Of a stretch of DNA of 56,852 nucleotides, positions 1 to 12,867 are shown in pieces. Within the stretch, counting starts at the first letter, position 1. Each line of letters starts with the position of its first letter. The translations under genes and the position numbers were made by a program. Source of the DNA: Azolla caroliniana (lineage: Eukaryota; Plantae; Polypodiophyta); contig JBHGNT010000187.1 in the NCBI GenBank assembly GCA_043228905.1, positions 1-56,852 of the forward strand, read 5' to 3'. The notes under the pieces were generated by a model. It did no database searches, was not told the DNA's origin, and saw nothing but the letters and a program-made list of their open reading frames with translations.

Positions 1-243
1 GTTCACTCCTCAAAACCTGCTCCTCCTCGAACAGTGGGGGAGGTGTGAGAGGAAAACCCTAAAGGATGGCCTCTAACAGTGTGTGTGGGGGGAGCCTCTA
101 ACTACACTCCTCGAAGGTTGGGTTCACTCCTCGAACTGTGTGTGTGTGTGTGTGTGTGGGGGGGGGGGGGGTTCACTCCTCAAAACCTGCTCCTCCTCGA
201 ACAGTGGGGGAGGTGTGAGAGGAAAACCCTAAAGGATGGCCTC
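1..243. repeat. 73-bp direct repeat (1-73 and 171-243) around (TG)n and poly-G tracts
   Basis: gttcactcctcaaaacctgctcc...aaaggatggcctc occurs twice with a 170-bp period. Confidence 0.85.
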
Positions 244-1699
244 CTCACGAAACTGAGGAGGGTGATGCAGCAGCGGCGGGGAGGAGAGGCGCTCCGGCTC
301 CAGCTCCTGCTCCTGCATTTGTGATCCTTTTGTGTCACAAAGAGGCGTCTCTCGGCCCTTGCTCTGGCTCCGGCTCCGGCTCCTGCTCTGATTCCTGCTC
401 TGATTCCTGCTCCTGCTCCGTTGCCTACATGCGCGAGTCAGCCCTCTTGCGCCGCTGCTCTACTATGCCGAGCGGGTCTCCTGGTGAGACGCCCACACCG
501 CAAACCTCCGACGAGGGTTGGCGCGCCGCTCTGCTGCACCCGCTCTCGCAAGAGAGTTCCTTTCCGCTTTCAATATGTTTTGTTGATAATCCTTGTACAG
601 TGCTTAAATACTAGAATTGAATTTCAGGAGCAAAATGTTTTAAGGTTTCATGAACCTAGTTAAGAAAAAAGATGTCATTGTGGTGAATACTTATTTATGG
701 CTTGGAAGAATAACGGTGACGTGAACTTTCATAAAGGATTACATTTAGATTATACTCTAAAAACAAATTATTCTTCAAAGATGTGTTCCTAGTGACCGTA
801 ATGTTAGTTATCACCATCAACATTATATTTTGGATTCAACTGTGAGAGTTGACATTGAGCCTGATATGAGTTTTATTTGTTGGAATAAAAAGACAATCTA
901 TGTAAGCTCTTGTCACTTGATGTTGATTCAATTAAAGACCATGGAACCTTCTGCTATTCTAAATTATTTGAAACTTATATGAATTTGAAACTTCCCGAGG
1001 ATTGTATGAATTGTTGAAAGAATATTTATGCCACAAAAGAAAATTATCACATTTTATGCCATGTACAAGAGAAATCACAAGCATAGACCGTCCAAATTTC
1101 TAATAATAGTACCAAAAAGGTAGCCTAGTCTATCTATCCTTCATAGTGCTCGTAGATTTTGTCTATACATATCATTCTTTGTAAGCTAGCATCATTTTTG
1201 CATCAACACCATTTATCCAATACGCTTATTTACCACCAAATGAGGCTTCTTGCAAGTACATATACCTGCAAGTACATATACTCGAACATTTGTCTTATCA
1301 AGAGACCAACTTCTTATGAAAAGACAGTAAAAGAATGTTATGAAAAGACCAGCCTGTTTTCTTTTCCAATACGAATTCTAACCCAAGTCACATAATATAA
1401 TCTATATGCTTAATATGTGCCATGCCTTTGTGTTTATGATCATTAAATTTTCAACTTCTCAAAGTTATATGAGCTATAATCATATTAATTATAAGACATG
1501 TCAACAAGTTGTGTAGATTAGTTTGTTTCTATTCACATGTACATAAAACCAGAAGCATGTTAGGAATATGATAGCATGCACAAATCCACATTCTCATTGA
1601 AAGCTCTTACATGTATGAAAATTTCAAACCATAACCTTAAGTTGACCATTTCGATTTTAAATTTTAAATTTATTTTTTTTGCATAAAAAGGATGCGACA

Positions 1700-4321
1700 T
1701 TAGTATTAAGAGATCAACCCCAGGCTTAGCAGTCCCCATTGGATGCATACAAAAATGACATGGATTGTCTTGAACATTTCCTCCACTCACTAATTGATAT
1801 AAGTCTATGAATCAACCATCCTAAACTAACAATTTTTCCGCTCATTTTTATGCCCCACATCCATTTCCAAAATTGCTTGAATTGTAGAGAAATTTCATTC
1901 CTTCCCCAGAAAACATTCATAGCCGGTTCATTCCCTGACCTCGCATTTAATATTTTCTTTCCAATGTTTACATAATATTGAAAAAAAGACAATTGTGATA
2001 TTTGATCTTGCACTGGCACCTTCTTATAAAACTATCTAGGCTCCTAACTTAACTAAACACTAGTCTCCTTTCCATAATCCACCACCTCCATAAAAAGATT
2101 CACCTTTTGTGGGTCCGGATCAAAAGAAGTAGTTCAATCCATCAATTGCAACCATCATCGTTGCCTCTTTTTGTAAACAAGAAGAAAACAACTCATTGTG
2201 TGTGTGTGTGTGTGTGTAACATAATTGACCATCGTCATGTACATCAAAAGTCATAAAATCTACTCCCTTATTGATGCCCTTACCCCAATCAAAACATCCA
2301 TTCAAGTAAAGAAACATATCCACTTATGTGTAGAAGTTTCAAAGTGCATCTAGGCATTATAAATATGTCTATATCACATAACCATGTGACAGATAAAGCA
2401 TGTCATGGATTTTGAAATGTTGATCATATTTGAAAAACCTTTAGATGATTAGCTACAACAAAATACTCATAATACATACAGAAAATTATGTTAAATGCCC
2501 TATTTCCAAATTCACTCTATGTGAATAAATGATGTAGAAATGGCAAAACGGTAAATGTATTTAATCCACGCATATTATCCTCACAACGTAATATGAGGAA
2601 TAGTTGTGGAGTTGATAATAATGAGTAACACTCAAAAGTTAACTAGTAGAAAATCCCAATATAAATACTAAATGATGTTGGGGTTTCTTAGTCTAAACCT
2701 CAATCATACAAATGATTCTACCCATTATCAACAACTTTTTGCTTAGCTTGGCAAAGAATCATTCTTCTTATGGAATGAAATATAGTCTATCAGCAACGAT
2801 GATATGTTTTGTTAGTGGAATCAGGTAATGCAAAGTATCACACCCACACACCCAATGAGAACAAATATGTCCATCCTCCCCACCCAAAAGTAAGTTATGA
2901 GAAACATGTGTGGCCCCTTATGAAGTTATGAGGATGGCCCCTTATGTGAACTTTCAAGAGTGTATATGTGCCCCTCATTTATATTGAGTTAAAACCAACA
3001 TCAAAATAGGTGTCATAATATATCCAGTGAAGTTCAATAATATTAGCAAGTAAAGAACAATAATGCGCCTTTGGATTCTATACAAGATTGCTTGAGTATA
3101 AAGTTCCCATATAAACACTCCATGTACACGTATTTGTCTTTACCCATTATGCACCCAACAAAGCCGAGTATAATTTTAAGATGTGCAACCTTCCAAAAAC
3201 TAAACATTAACCTTCCAAACCTCTATTTTTTAATATCATTTTGTTGCAATACCAATTTCCAACTTACCCACTTATTATCTGCCACTCAAAAGTCATATTT
3301 CAACACTCGTAGTTCTCTAAAATAAGATACATAGTAAAAATTTGTGATGTATGTCCATTTGATCAATTTTAGTGTATTTATCCAATTTGTTTATACCTAG
3401 ATCATGTGGATTACTTTTGAGGCGACAAAGAGTGGCAAGACGTCGAAGTAGTTCCCAACATGTCAAAGGTATTACTTTAGAGTATAAAGAAGAGAGAACA
3501 CATTGACAATATGTATATGGGACTTGGGAACATTTCATTTAGGCAAGTTGTCTTGTCCTTTGACATGATGTTAACTATTTCAAAAGCCAACCTCAACGAA
3601 TTGACACTTCCAAATGCACAAAGTCGGAAATAACCAACCAAATAAGCTATTACAAAAAGTGAAGCATATAAAATTCCTATAAAAGGAGCCATTTGTATCA
3701 TGTAGTTAGAAAGTGTGACTTCTCTTCCTTGATTTTCTATAAAAATAAGAGTATTATAGATACACCAAGCACACGTTTTGGAAGAATCGAAATTTCAAAT
3801 TAGAATGGTGACAATGAAACATACTCATGACTTGATAAAACACGTAAGCCTTACCAATATTAAATAAGCACTTAGTAGGAGAAAATATCAATGTCCACTG
3901 AAGTTGGATTACCAATGGCCGATGAGTTTTGGGAAAAACATTGGTTCTATTCTTTAAGAACATTTTCCCAGAATGAACATGGCGTTCAAGTGTACCATAA
4001 AAAAGAACATGATGTCCATCTATCATAGTAATGAATAGAATAATGGATATTTTTTTGCTGCGTCGATTACCTCAAACCGTCCATAGTTGTTGTCTAGTAC
4101 TAAAATGTTCAATAAGGAAACACATGATGAAGGGTTTTCTCGATGCAAGAGTGAATTCAACATGATTGAAGAGTGGAGTTACAAAATGAATGAGAAGTTA
4201 AGAGAAATGTTATAAAAGAAAGGAACATGATTCTATATTCTATGGGGAAACATGCAACTATGGGGGTCCACGATTGGCGTCGATCACGAACTAAGGTCAT
4301 GTAGAGACCCTCATTTTGTGC

Positions 4322-4363
<42 letters not shown>

Positions 4364-5300
4364 CATTTAACATCCACCATTGTGACCTAGCCCATGGGAA
4401 GGATTGAACTTGGGTTCTCTTAATCTATTACTTTGCTTCTACAATGTAAACCACCAAGAAAAATAAAATATTATCGTCCACGGAGAGGCCATGACCTTGG
4501 GACAAAATAAACATATCATCTTGGATGTGACTCCTTCCTAAAATGGGGGCTTACTACTCTATAGTGACAAACTCTTTAAGTGCTCTCTATGTGATAATAA
4601 TGTATGGAAATATGTGCTCACCCTTCTTGGTGGAGATTTGAGTATTATCCTTGAAAACGCACTTGTGACATAATTGAAGGTGGCGAACATGAAATTATAA
4701 ACAATTCTATGAGAGTTTCCAAATAGCTTTCCACTACCACGTCATAGAAGACGGTCAAACCTTCATTCATGGAACAATGGAACAATGTTAAACTTTGCAC
4801 CCATTATCCTTGGTAACCTTTTCTAAGCTTTGGTTCTCCAATTGAGCTATTTTCACACTACCATTTGGGAAAATCCATAATATTCACTTTGTTTGGGCTA
4901 TAGCTTGTCTTTCGCCATCATAGCATTTTCATGTGCATTGCATGCTCTAAAATTCCCTTTCGACATTTGCACTACTAGCTCCATATGACTTAGGTCATCT
5001 TCTCTTTGATGTGAGATGCATGGGGGTGCATGTGGGGAGACTCATTGACAATGCCTATTTGGTGTCACATTCTATTGCAATGCCCCACCTTCAATTGCAT
5101 TCAAATTTTCTCTTCCCACATTTTCAACCTTGACCCTATCCCAATCACCACAATTTTGTCCCAACGACATTGTAGTCAATCAATTGCAACATCTCCATTT
5201 GATACATGAAAATGTTTCACTTTGGTTCACAAGTCATATTTGATCATCAAGGCAATAATAATATGTAAACTATTCCTCCATACCTTTTCATAAATTAAAG
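1700..5300 (-). mobile_element. Highly degraded L1-type LINE ORF2 remnant; boundaries approximate
   Basis: Minus-strand fragments lie in L1 order: CLFNIGKAYV (D.EKAYD-like RT motif, ~3850), KWVSWK (~3270), and zf-RVT-like FKQFWKWMWGIKMSGKIVSLGWLIHR ... CHFC (1740-1880). Many stops and frameshifts. Confidence 0.45.
4324..4362. repeat. (GA)n microsatellite
   Basis: Read directly. Confidence 0.95.
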
Positions 5301-5921
5301 ATATTGTAGTATCCCCAACATACCTACATGTATTATTAAATTGGTGTCTAAAGGAAACCATGAGTTAACAAATTAAGCTTCCAATTCTCTTGATTAGGAC
5401 GTGCCCACCTTTTGATCAGAATCATACTTCGAGTTTGAGGGGAATAATGGACATATATTAATAGGGTATTTTGGTAATTTTCCCTATACATACATATATA
5501 CATTTGAATTAAAACCATATTGCATTCCATATATTTTCCTACTATCACAAACATATTTTTATATCCTTGAAGAAACTAGTTGAAACTTGAGATTTTGTTG
5601 CTCTCTTCGAAGGCTAGTCAAGGATACCATCATAATAAAGTTCTCTATCCCATGTGTATCTTTGCCGAGCACTCAAATGTATCTCATGGAAGATACAAGG
5701 CCATCCAACATATAGCCACATGAGAATCCATCGGTACATCGAAACTCATCAATGTACTATCCAATGTATATAGCCATGTAAAATGGCATCCATTCCATAC
5801 ATTGAACCTCATTAATATGTTGGGTTTACATGGCTACACATTGATCCGTTAGCCATACTAATTAATGTCTGTGTCATACTAGTTGTAGCATACTAAAATC
5901 GTATGTTGGGGCACCATCTCA

Positions 5922-5953
<32 letters not shown>

Positions 5954-6778
5954 GAAAGATCAAATTGACAAACAACAATACTTAGTTTGGGAGTTGATGA
6001 AAGTTGAAGGCCATCTCAAGGTTGACTTATGATGCGAAGAAACACTTCAAGAGATTTCTCTTGGGTCATAGATGATCTTATGGTTTTTTTTGGGGGGGGG
6101 GGAGCCTCTTGAGGTTTTTATGGTGAGAAGAGGCGTTGCATCTAAAGCCCAAAGGGTATAAGTAAGGGGTGGTGAGTGAACGAAACATTCGCACACAAAA
6201 AAACGATAAACACTACATCATATATAACTGGCGAATCGAAAAGATGTAAAAAAGCATTCTGTAAGCTCAGGTGTTTTCCTTTACAGAGTCTGGGCGCTGA
6301 GAGGTCGGTAACGTGTGTGAGTGACGGATGCCGGGCAAGTGTTTCAGTTTTGATTGAGCTCCAGAGGGGTAACTTTTTTATTTAGTATTTTGGTGGTTAT
6401 GTTTTTTTTTACTACTAACTTGGGTGGGATGGTGGGCAAATGGACAATGTAAGGAATAAGACAAGAAAGGTGGACATACACACACATTAGAAGAGTGAAG
6501 GGGAGTAATAATTAAATGAACGATGGTAGAAATGATAAAGAGAGAAGAGCAAGAAAGAAAAGTAAAGAAAAGTAAAGAAAGAAAGTGAGAGAGTTTTGTC
6601 TTGGGGTGAATAATTTGAGACCCCAAGCCCCAAAAAAAAAAGAAGAGGAAGGGAAAAAAAAATGGAAAAGAATAAATAAATAAAAAACAAACAAAATAAT
6701 TGAGATTAAAAAGTAATTAAAAATAATAAATTAATTTTATGTTTTAAAAAACATAAAACATAAAAACAGGTAAAAAAA

Positions 6779-6982
6779 GAAGAAGAAGAAGAAGAAGAAG
6801 AAGAAGAAGAAGAAAAAGCAGGAAAAAAACGAAGCGAAAAGGAAATAAATGGAAAAAGGGCAATTTTGGGGATTTACATGAAAAAAAAAAAAGAAAGCGG
6901 AGAAAAAAGCAGAAAGCAAAAAGCAAAAAGCAAAAAGCAGAAAGCAGAAAGCAGAAAGCAGAAAGCAGAAAGCAGAAAGCAG
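6779..6982. repeat. (GAA)n microsatellite (6779-6814) and GCA(G/A)AAA heptamer array (6906-6982)
   Basis: Read directly; explains the spurious Phe/Leu-rich minus-strand ORFs here. Confidence 0.9.
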
Positions 6983-7710
6983 GATTTTCATGCGCACCGC
7001 TAGCGGCCGCTCATTTTTTTGGTTTGCTTTTGGCGGCCGCCCATTTTTTTTGCTTTCCTCGATAAATCTGCGCATTTTGTTCACAGAGGAAAAAAGCAAA
7101 AAAAAAGCAGGAAAACAAAAAAGCAAGAAAACGAAATCTAAACCCAAATTTCTGGGGGCTTCCGCTTTTTTGTTTGTTTGATTGATTTTCTTTCTATTTC
7201 ATCCAAATTTAATTAAAAAAAAAAAAAACAGAATCAACTCAAATTCGCTTAATTTAAAAAAAAAAAAACAAAAAATTTTGCTGAAAGATTTCATTCTTTT
7301 TTGTTTAATAGAAATTTCCTAACCCTAAATATCTAATTACATTTTTATTTTTGTTACCTGCTTTTTTTTCCAAAGATTAATAATATAATTAGTTTTACTG
7401 CTTTGATTGTTTTTTTTCCTGTTTTTTTTTTTTTTTTGTGGGCTTTCCTTCGATTCAATCAAACCAAGAATTAAACGCGAAATAGAAGAAACGCATTTTG
7501 CTTTCTCATTAAATTTTTACTGCACAAAAAAAAGACAGAAATAAATCATCATTCACGACCTGTGAAGTGAATTGATAGATAAATCCGAATTCCTCTCTGC
7601 AAATGATAAATCCATTTCAATAATAATTCCCTGCCGCTTCTCTCCCCTTCCAATTTTCTGTGTACAGAGAGAGAGATTCTGGCCCCCAATTAATTCCTCT
7701 CTGTTTTCAA

Positions 7711-7741
<31 letters not shown>

Positions 7742-10143
7742 CAATTGATGCAATGAAAATTGTATATATACAAAATTTACAATACTAAAAACACAGCGGA
7801 TCAGCAGACTTATTATTATAATAATTCTCTTCCAAAAAATTTATTCTGTATTAATTTGTTTTAATTTGTCGTCGAAATACATAAATTACTCAGAGAATTT
7901 TTGGCTCTGCAATTCTGCGCGCCTTCCCCCCCCCATGGTAGGTTATTATTAATAATTATTATGATTATTTGTTTTGGAAATTCGAATAATAATAATAATA
8001 ATAATTGATGAAATTAAATTCTCATTAATTAAGTTCCTTCCTCCGTTCTCATTAATTAACTCTGATTTCTGTGTTTTGCAAAAAAATTTAAATTCTGGGA
8101 AGTTGAATGGATTAACACCATCAGGGCTCTCAGGAAATGAATCACCATTTAATTTGTTTCTGCTGGATTTCATCTTCTTCTTCTCTGTTTTTGTTTTTAT
8201 TTTTCTTAATTCTGATTTGAAATTTCAAGCTAATTTAGAAATCTGTCCTATAATTCCTTTGAATCATTAAATGTTTCCCAAAACAAAAAAATATCTAACA
8301 AATAAAAACCATTTAATTCTCGATTCTGTCTGTCATTTCTTTTAGTGCCGCCGAAGCGTTAAAAAGGAATATGCAGGAATTTAAATTAATTAAATAAAAT
8401 TTCACCCCCCCCCCCCTAAAAAAATAACAATTTAATTGAATTGTTTACGACAAATCGGTTCAACATTTTTTTTTTTGGCATTAAGACAAAGAGAAGGGGG
8501 GGAAAAATCCATTGATTAATTAAAAATAATTCTAAAAAATAATTTAAAAACATAATTTTAAAAAATAAAGAAAAAAATGGAAGTAAAAAATAAAAATAAA
8601 AAGTATATAAATGAAAAAATAAAAAATGGGAAAAAATAAAAAAGGAAAACAAAAATAAAATAAAAAAGAAGAAGTATAAATACACATAAAATATAAAGGA
8701 ACCGCTGCAGCAATGTTTTGAGAAATTGTGAAAGTAGCCCTTTTGTCTAATTATATAATTTATTACTGTAATGAATAAAAATGAGCTAAAAAAAAAGAAA
8801 GAAATTAAAATCTATAAGCAAAAATAAATAATTGCGAGAAATTAAGAATAACGCAATTTCCTATTTAAAAGAGCGAAATAAGAAAATCAAAGAGGAAAAA
8901 ATAAAAATAAAAATAAAATAAAATACCGTTAAAAAAATGAATTTATTTATATCCTCCACCTCTTCCTTTTCTGCACCGCTTTTTTTTTTTTCCTTCTTTT
9001 TTGAAATTAAAAAAACACGGAGAAAAAAAGAAGCGAATATCGCTCCCATAATTAAAAACCCACAAATTAATTTAATTAAAAGAAAACCGCCCCCGAAAAA
9101 AAAATTCAATTAATTAAATAGAGCAGGACGAAAATAATTAAAATTAAAGCAAATATAAAAAAATTGAAAAAAAATTAAATTTGTTAATGGCCGTAATTGG
9201 GCAAAGCAAATATAAAAAATTTTTAAAAAATTAAAATTGTTAATGGCCGTAATTAGGCTAAGCAAATATAATTAAAAAAAAAAAACTGAATTATATAGCC
9301 TCAAATGACTCATAATTATAAATTATTATCATTAATAATAATAATAATAATTATTATTATTATTAATTATTTGTTCTGCACCTTACTTTTTTTTGCCTTT
9401 TGTATATATAATTACTTCCTCTTCCTCTTCTTCTTCTTCTTCTTCTTCTAATTCTTCTCTGTCTGTCTGTCTGTCTCAGTCTCAGAGAAACAGAGCAGAG
9501 CTTTTAATTTATATACAGAAACTCAGACAGACAGACAGAGAGAGAGAGACACACACACACAGAGTAGCATAAAAGAAGAAAGAAGGAAGAAGAAGAAGAG
9601 TCATTTTGAGAGAGACACAGAGCTTCTGGTTTTGAGAGAGCTCCTTCAATTCCAAGATTTTGTTTTTTTTGTTTTTTCTTTTTGTCTGAGAGGAAATTGT
9701 TTTGCTGCTTCATCTCCCCCCCCCCCCCCATTCATTCATTCAATTCATCAATAATTCATTCAAAAATAAATAAATAAAAAATCTTTGCTTCTTTTCTCTG
9801 TCTTTTGATTTTTTTGGGTTTTTTTTGTTTGCTTTTATATCTGCAATCTCTGCTTCTTCTCTTCTTCATCTTCTTCATCATCTTCTTTCTCCATGCTCTG
9901 TGTTTTAGCTGTTGATTATATATGTCTCTTCATCTCTCTGTTTCTGCTACTACTTGGCTAACTACTACTTAGCAATCTTCCTTCAAATACCTTCTTCTGT
10001 TTCTTCTGCTCTACATTTGTCACCATTACTGTTGTTATTTAGCCTTCTTCTCCTGCCTTTTCCCTCTGTTTAATCTCCTCTGTTTTTTTTCTTTTGGAAT
10101 TTTATCTTCAGTCATTCTCTGATCACCCCCCATCATCATCACC

Positions 10144-11743
10144 ATGCCCCCTCCTCAGAAACCTAATTCTTCTTCTTCTACTTCTTCTGCAGTCATCAAA
10201 GTTCAAAAGAAGTTCAAATCCACCAAATTACCCCTACCTTCTATTCCAGCTTCTTCTTCTTCTTCTTCTTCTTCCCCTTCATCATCTTCTAGTCAGGTAA
10301 CCACTACTGCTCCTACTACAACCTGCACTAACCCTAACCCTAACCCTAACACTAACCCTAGCTCTAATTCTGATCCAAATGCCAAGAATGCCAATACATC
10401 CAGTGCTAACCCTAATCTAGCAGTGTTGCTAGACTCACCAAAGAGCCTCCATCAAAACATGAGGAGAGTCCGAGTAATTTGCACTGACCCGGATGCTACT
10501 GATTCATCTAGTGATGAAGAGACAGAGAGGATTTCAAGCAGCAGAAGATTAGTAAAGATAACCAGTCATAACAATATTGTACCTAAAAGAGTGGTCAGAG
10601 AGCTTTTCATTCCACCTCTGCCTCCTCATATCAACAGTAACATTACTAACAGTAACAGTAATTGCCACAGTGATGATCTTTCTAACCCTAACCCTAACCT
10701 TCCTTTCTTGAATGCTCCTTCGTCTTCTTCTCCTTCATCTATCTCTTCCCCATTGCATTGCCTCGATGAGCAAAGCTCCTCTCAACAGAGTGAGCTAATT
10801 ACCTGTCATGATTACCCTAGGTCAATGTATCCATGGCTGCACAAAAGGAAGCTAAACGCAAGCTCATCATCCATATTCTCCTCCAGAAGAACGAATCTGA
10901 AGAAGTGGATGTCTTCAGATGTTTCCAAAGGGAAGCCTCCACTGTCTAATCGGAAGTTACATGGGCATCATAGCATCAGGAAATCATGTAATGCTAATAA
11001 CAAAGCAAATGCAGACACAAGTAGTAATGATCTTTCCACTAAACCTAGTGCTGGTTCTGCTACATATAGATACATTGGTGTGAGGCAGCGGAGGTGGGGC
11101 AAATGGGCAGCTGAGATTAGGGATCCTTCACAAGGTCTGAGGCTATGGCTGGGTACCTATGACTCTGCTAAAGAAGCTGCCATGGCTTATGATGCTGCTG
11201 CAAGGCAATTAAAGGGACCAAAGGCCCCTACAAATTTCCCTACCTGCTCTGATTCTCCCTCCTCTGCACCTCCTTCACTGACCTTAGATGTGGATTCTAC
11301 CATTAGCTATGATGTGATAACACCATCAAAGAATGAGCAGTACTCTTGGGGAAATGCCTTCTTTGGTGATACTGTTGTACACGAGAATCAGATTGGACAT
11401 AGCCAGGATATGAAGTACTCCAGTCATCCTGAGGATGATTGGCCTCATATTGATCTGCATGATCAAGGCTACGGTGAAGATGAACTGCTTCCTTTGTACT
11501 CAGATTTTGAAGCTATGGAAGATAGCCTTCTCATTGGGTACTCTCCTAACTCTGTCTTGGAAAGCTCCTTGGACATGGAGACTGTGAAGGAGAAGAAGAA
11601 TATCAACACTAGTAGCCTACCCTATCATAGTCAGTACAGTCACTCACACAGTACTTGTATGATGGTTCTTTCACCTTCCTCTGTTCTGGAGAATCCTGCT
11701 CTCTCTGATGATTGCACCTCAGGTGCCTTTCAAGTTACATCTG
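10144..11743 (+). CDS. CRF: AP2/ERF transcription factor, cytokinin response factor (CRF) type, exon 1 of 2 (spliced protein ~656 aa)
   Basis: CRF domain [20 protein letters not shown]...KRVVREL; AP2 domain [19 protein letters not shown]...[33 protein letters not shown]; SPNSVLE and SPSSVLE motifs; consensus donor CTG|GTGAGT at 11743/11744, phase 1. Confidence 0.93.
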
Positions 11744-11789
11744 GTGAGTAGTGCCCTAAACTTTCTCTATGTAAGAGGAGGTATTAATG

Positions 11790-12400
11790 GTCATGCTTAT
11801 GGTGCATGTGGATATGGGCATGCTTCTGTCTGTCTCTACATGCATGTGGTATAGATTTATGCTATGCTTATGCTGTATGTGGATGTGGGCATGATTTTGT
11901 CTGTCTCTGTATGGATGTGGTATAGATGTATGTGCTATGCTTATGCTGTATGTAGATGTGGGTATGCTTATGTCTGTCTCTGCATGAATGTGGTATAGAT
12001 GTATGCCATGCTTATGCTGTATGTGGATGTGGGTATGCTTATGTCTGTCTGTTTCTTTCTACATGCATGTTGTAGAGATGTATCCCATGTTTATGTCTGT
12101 CTCTGCATTTATGGTGGATAGATGGTTGCCATGGTTATCTCTGTCTCATGTCTGTCTTTGCATGCATGTTTCATAGATATATTTCATGCTTATGTCTGCC
12201 TCTGGATACATGTATAATAGATGTTCGCCATGCTTATGTCTTATGTCTATCTCTGCATGCATTTTGCATACATGTATGCCATGGTTATGTCTGTCTCTGC
12301 ATGCATGTTGTATAAATGTATGTGGTGTTTTGTGTATGTTATGCTTATTTCTGTCTTTGCATGCATGTTTTATAGATGTATGTGGTGGTATGTGTATGTG
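11790..12400. repeat. Degenerate ~72-bp minisatellite filling most of the CRF intron
   Basis: Unit approx. tatgcttatgctgtatgtggatgtgggcatgcttatgtctgtctctgcatgcatgtggtatagatgtatgc, repeated and decaying toward the 3' side. Confidence 0.8.
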
Positions 12401-12496
12401 ATAGGTTTGTTTGGGTATATGCTAAACCCTAAACCCTCAAGACAAATGTACTCTTATTCACATTCTGGTGGCTTCCTTTGCTTTTTGTGTGTGTAG

Positions 12497-12867
12497 ATTC
12501 TGGTATGCTGGATGTGTCTTCAAGTAGAGACATCTCCATGACCTCTGAGGCCATCCCATCCAAGTCTGAAAATGGAGGCTTTGTGGACAGAATGATGTTC
12601 TCTCATGAGCCCAAGGTGGAGCCACACTATGAGAGGTCACTCTTCAGCTCATGCTTTGGTGGATATGACAGCATGTATGGTGGATTTAAGAATGCTGAAG
12701 GCCAGCCAGATGCAGTAGGGTTTGGGGTGGGTCTAGGGAACCTGAGAGAAGAGGAAGGTGATGGATATGGTGGGGGTGAGGAAGAAGACATGGATGGTGT
12801 TGTTGGCCTATCAAGCTTTGAGCTAGATGCTGAAGCTTTGACATGGATTAATGTCTCTGAGGATTGA
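12497..12867 (+). CDS. CRF: CRF-type AP2/ERF, exon 2 (acidic C-terminus)
   Basis: Acceptor tgtgtgtag|AT at 12496/12497 is phase-compatible with the donor (G+AT=Asp); the frame is open to TGA 12867 and ends EEEDMDGVVGLSSFELDAEALTWINVSED. Confidence 0.8.

Noticed and set aside
6378-9109. Phe/Leu-rich minus-strand ORFs resembling membrane proteins
   Set aside because: Products of poly-A and GAA/GCAGAAA tracts.
11988-12496. Cys/Met-rich ORFs
   Set aside because: They lie inside the CRF intron minisatellite.
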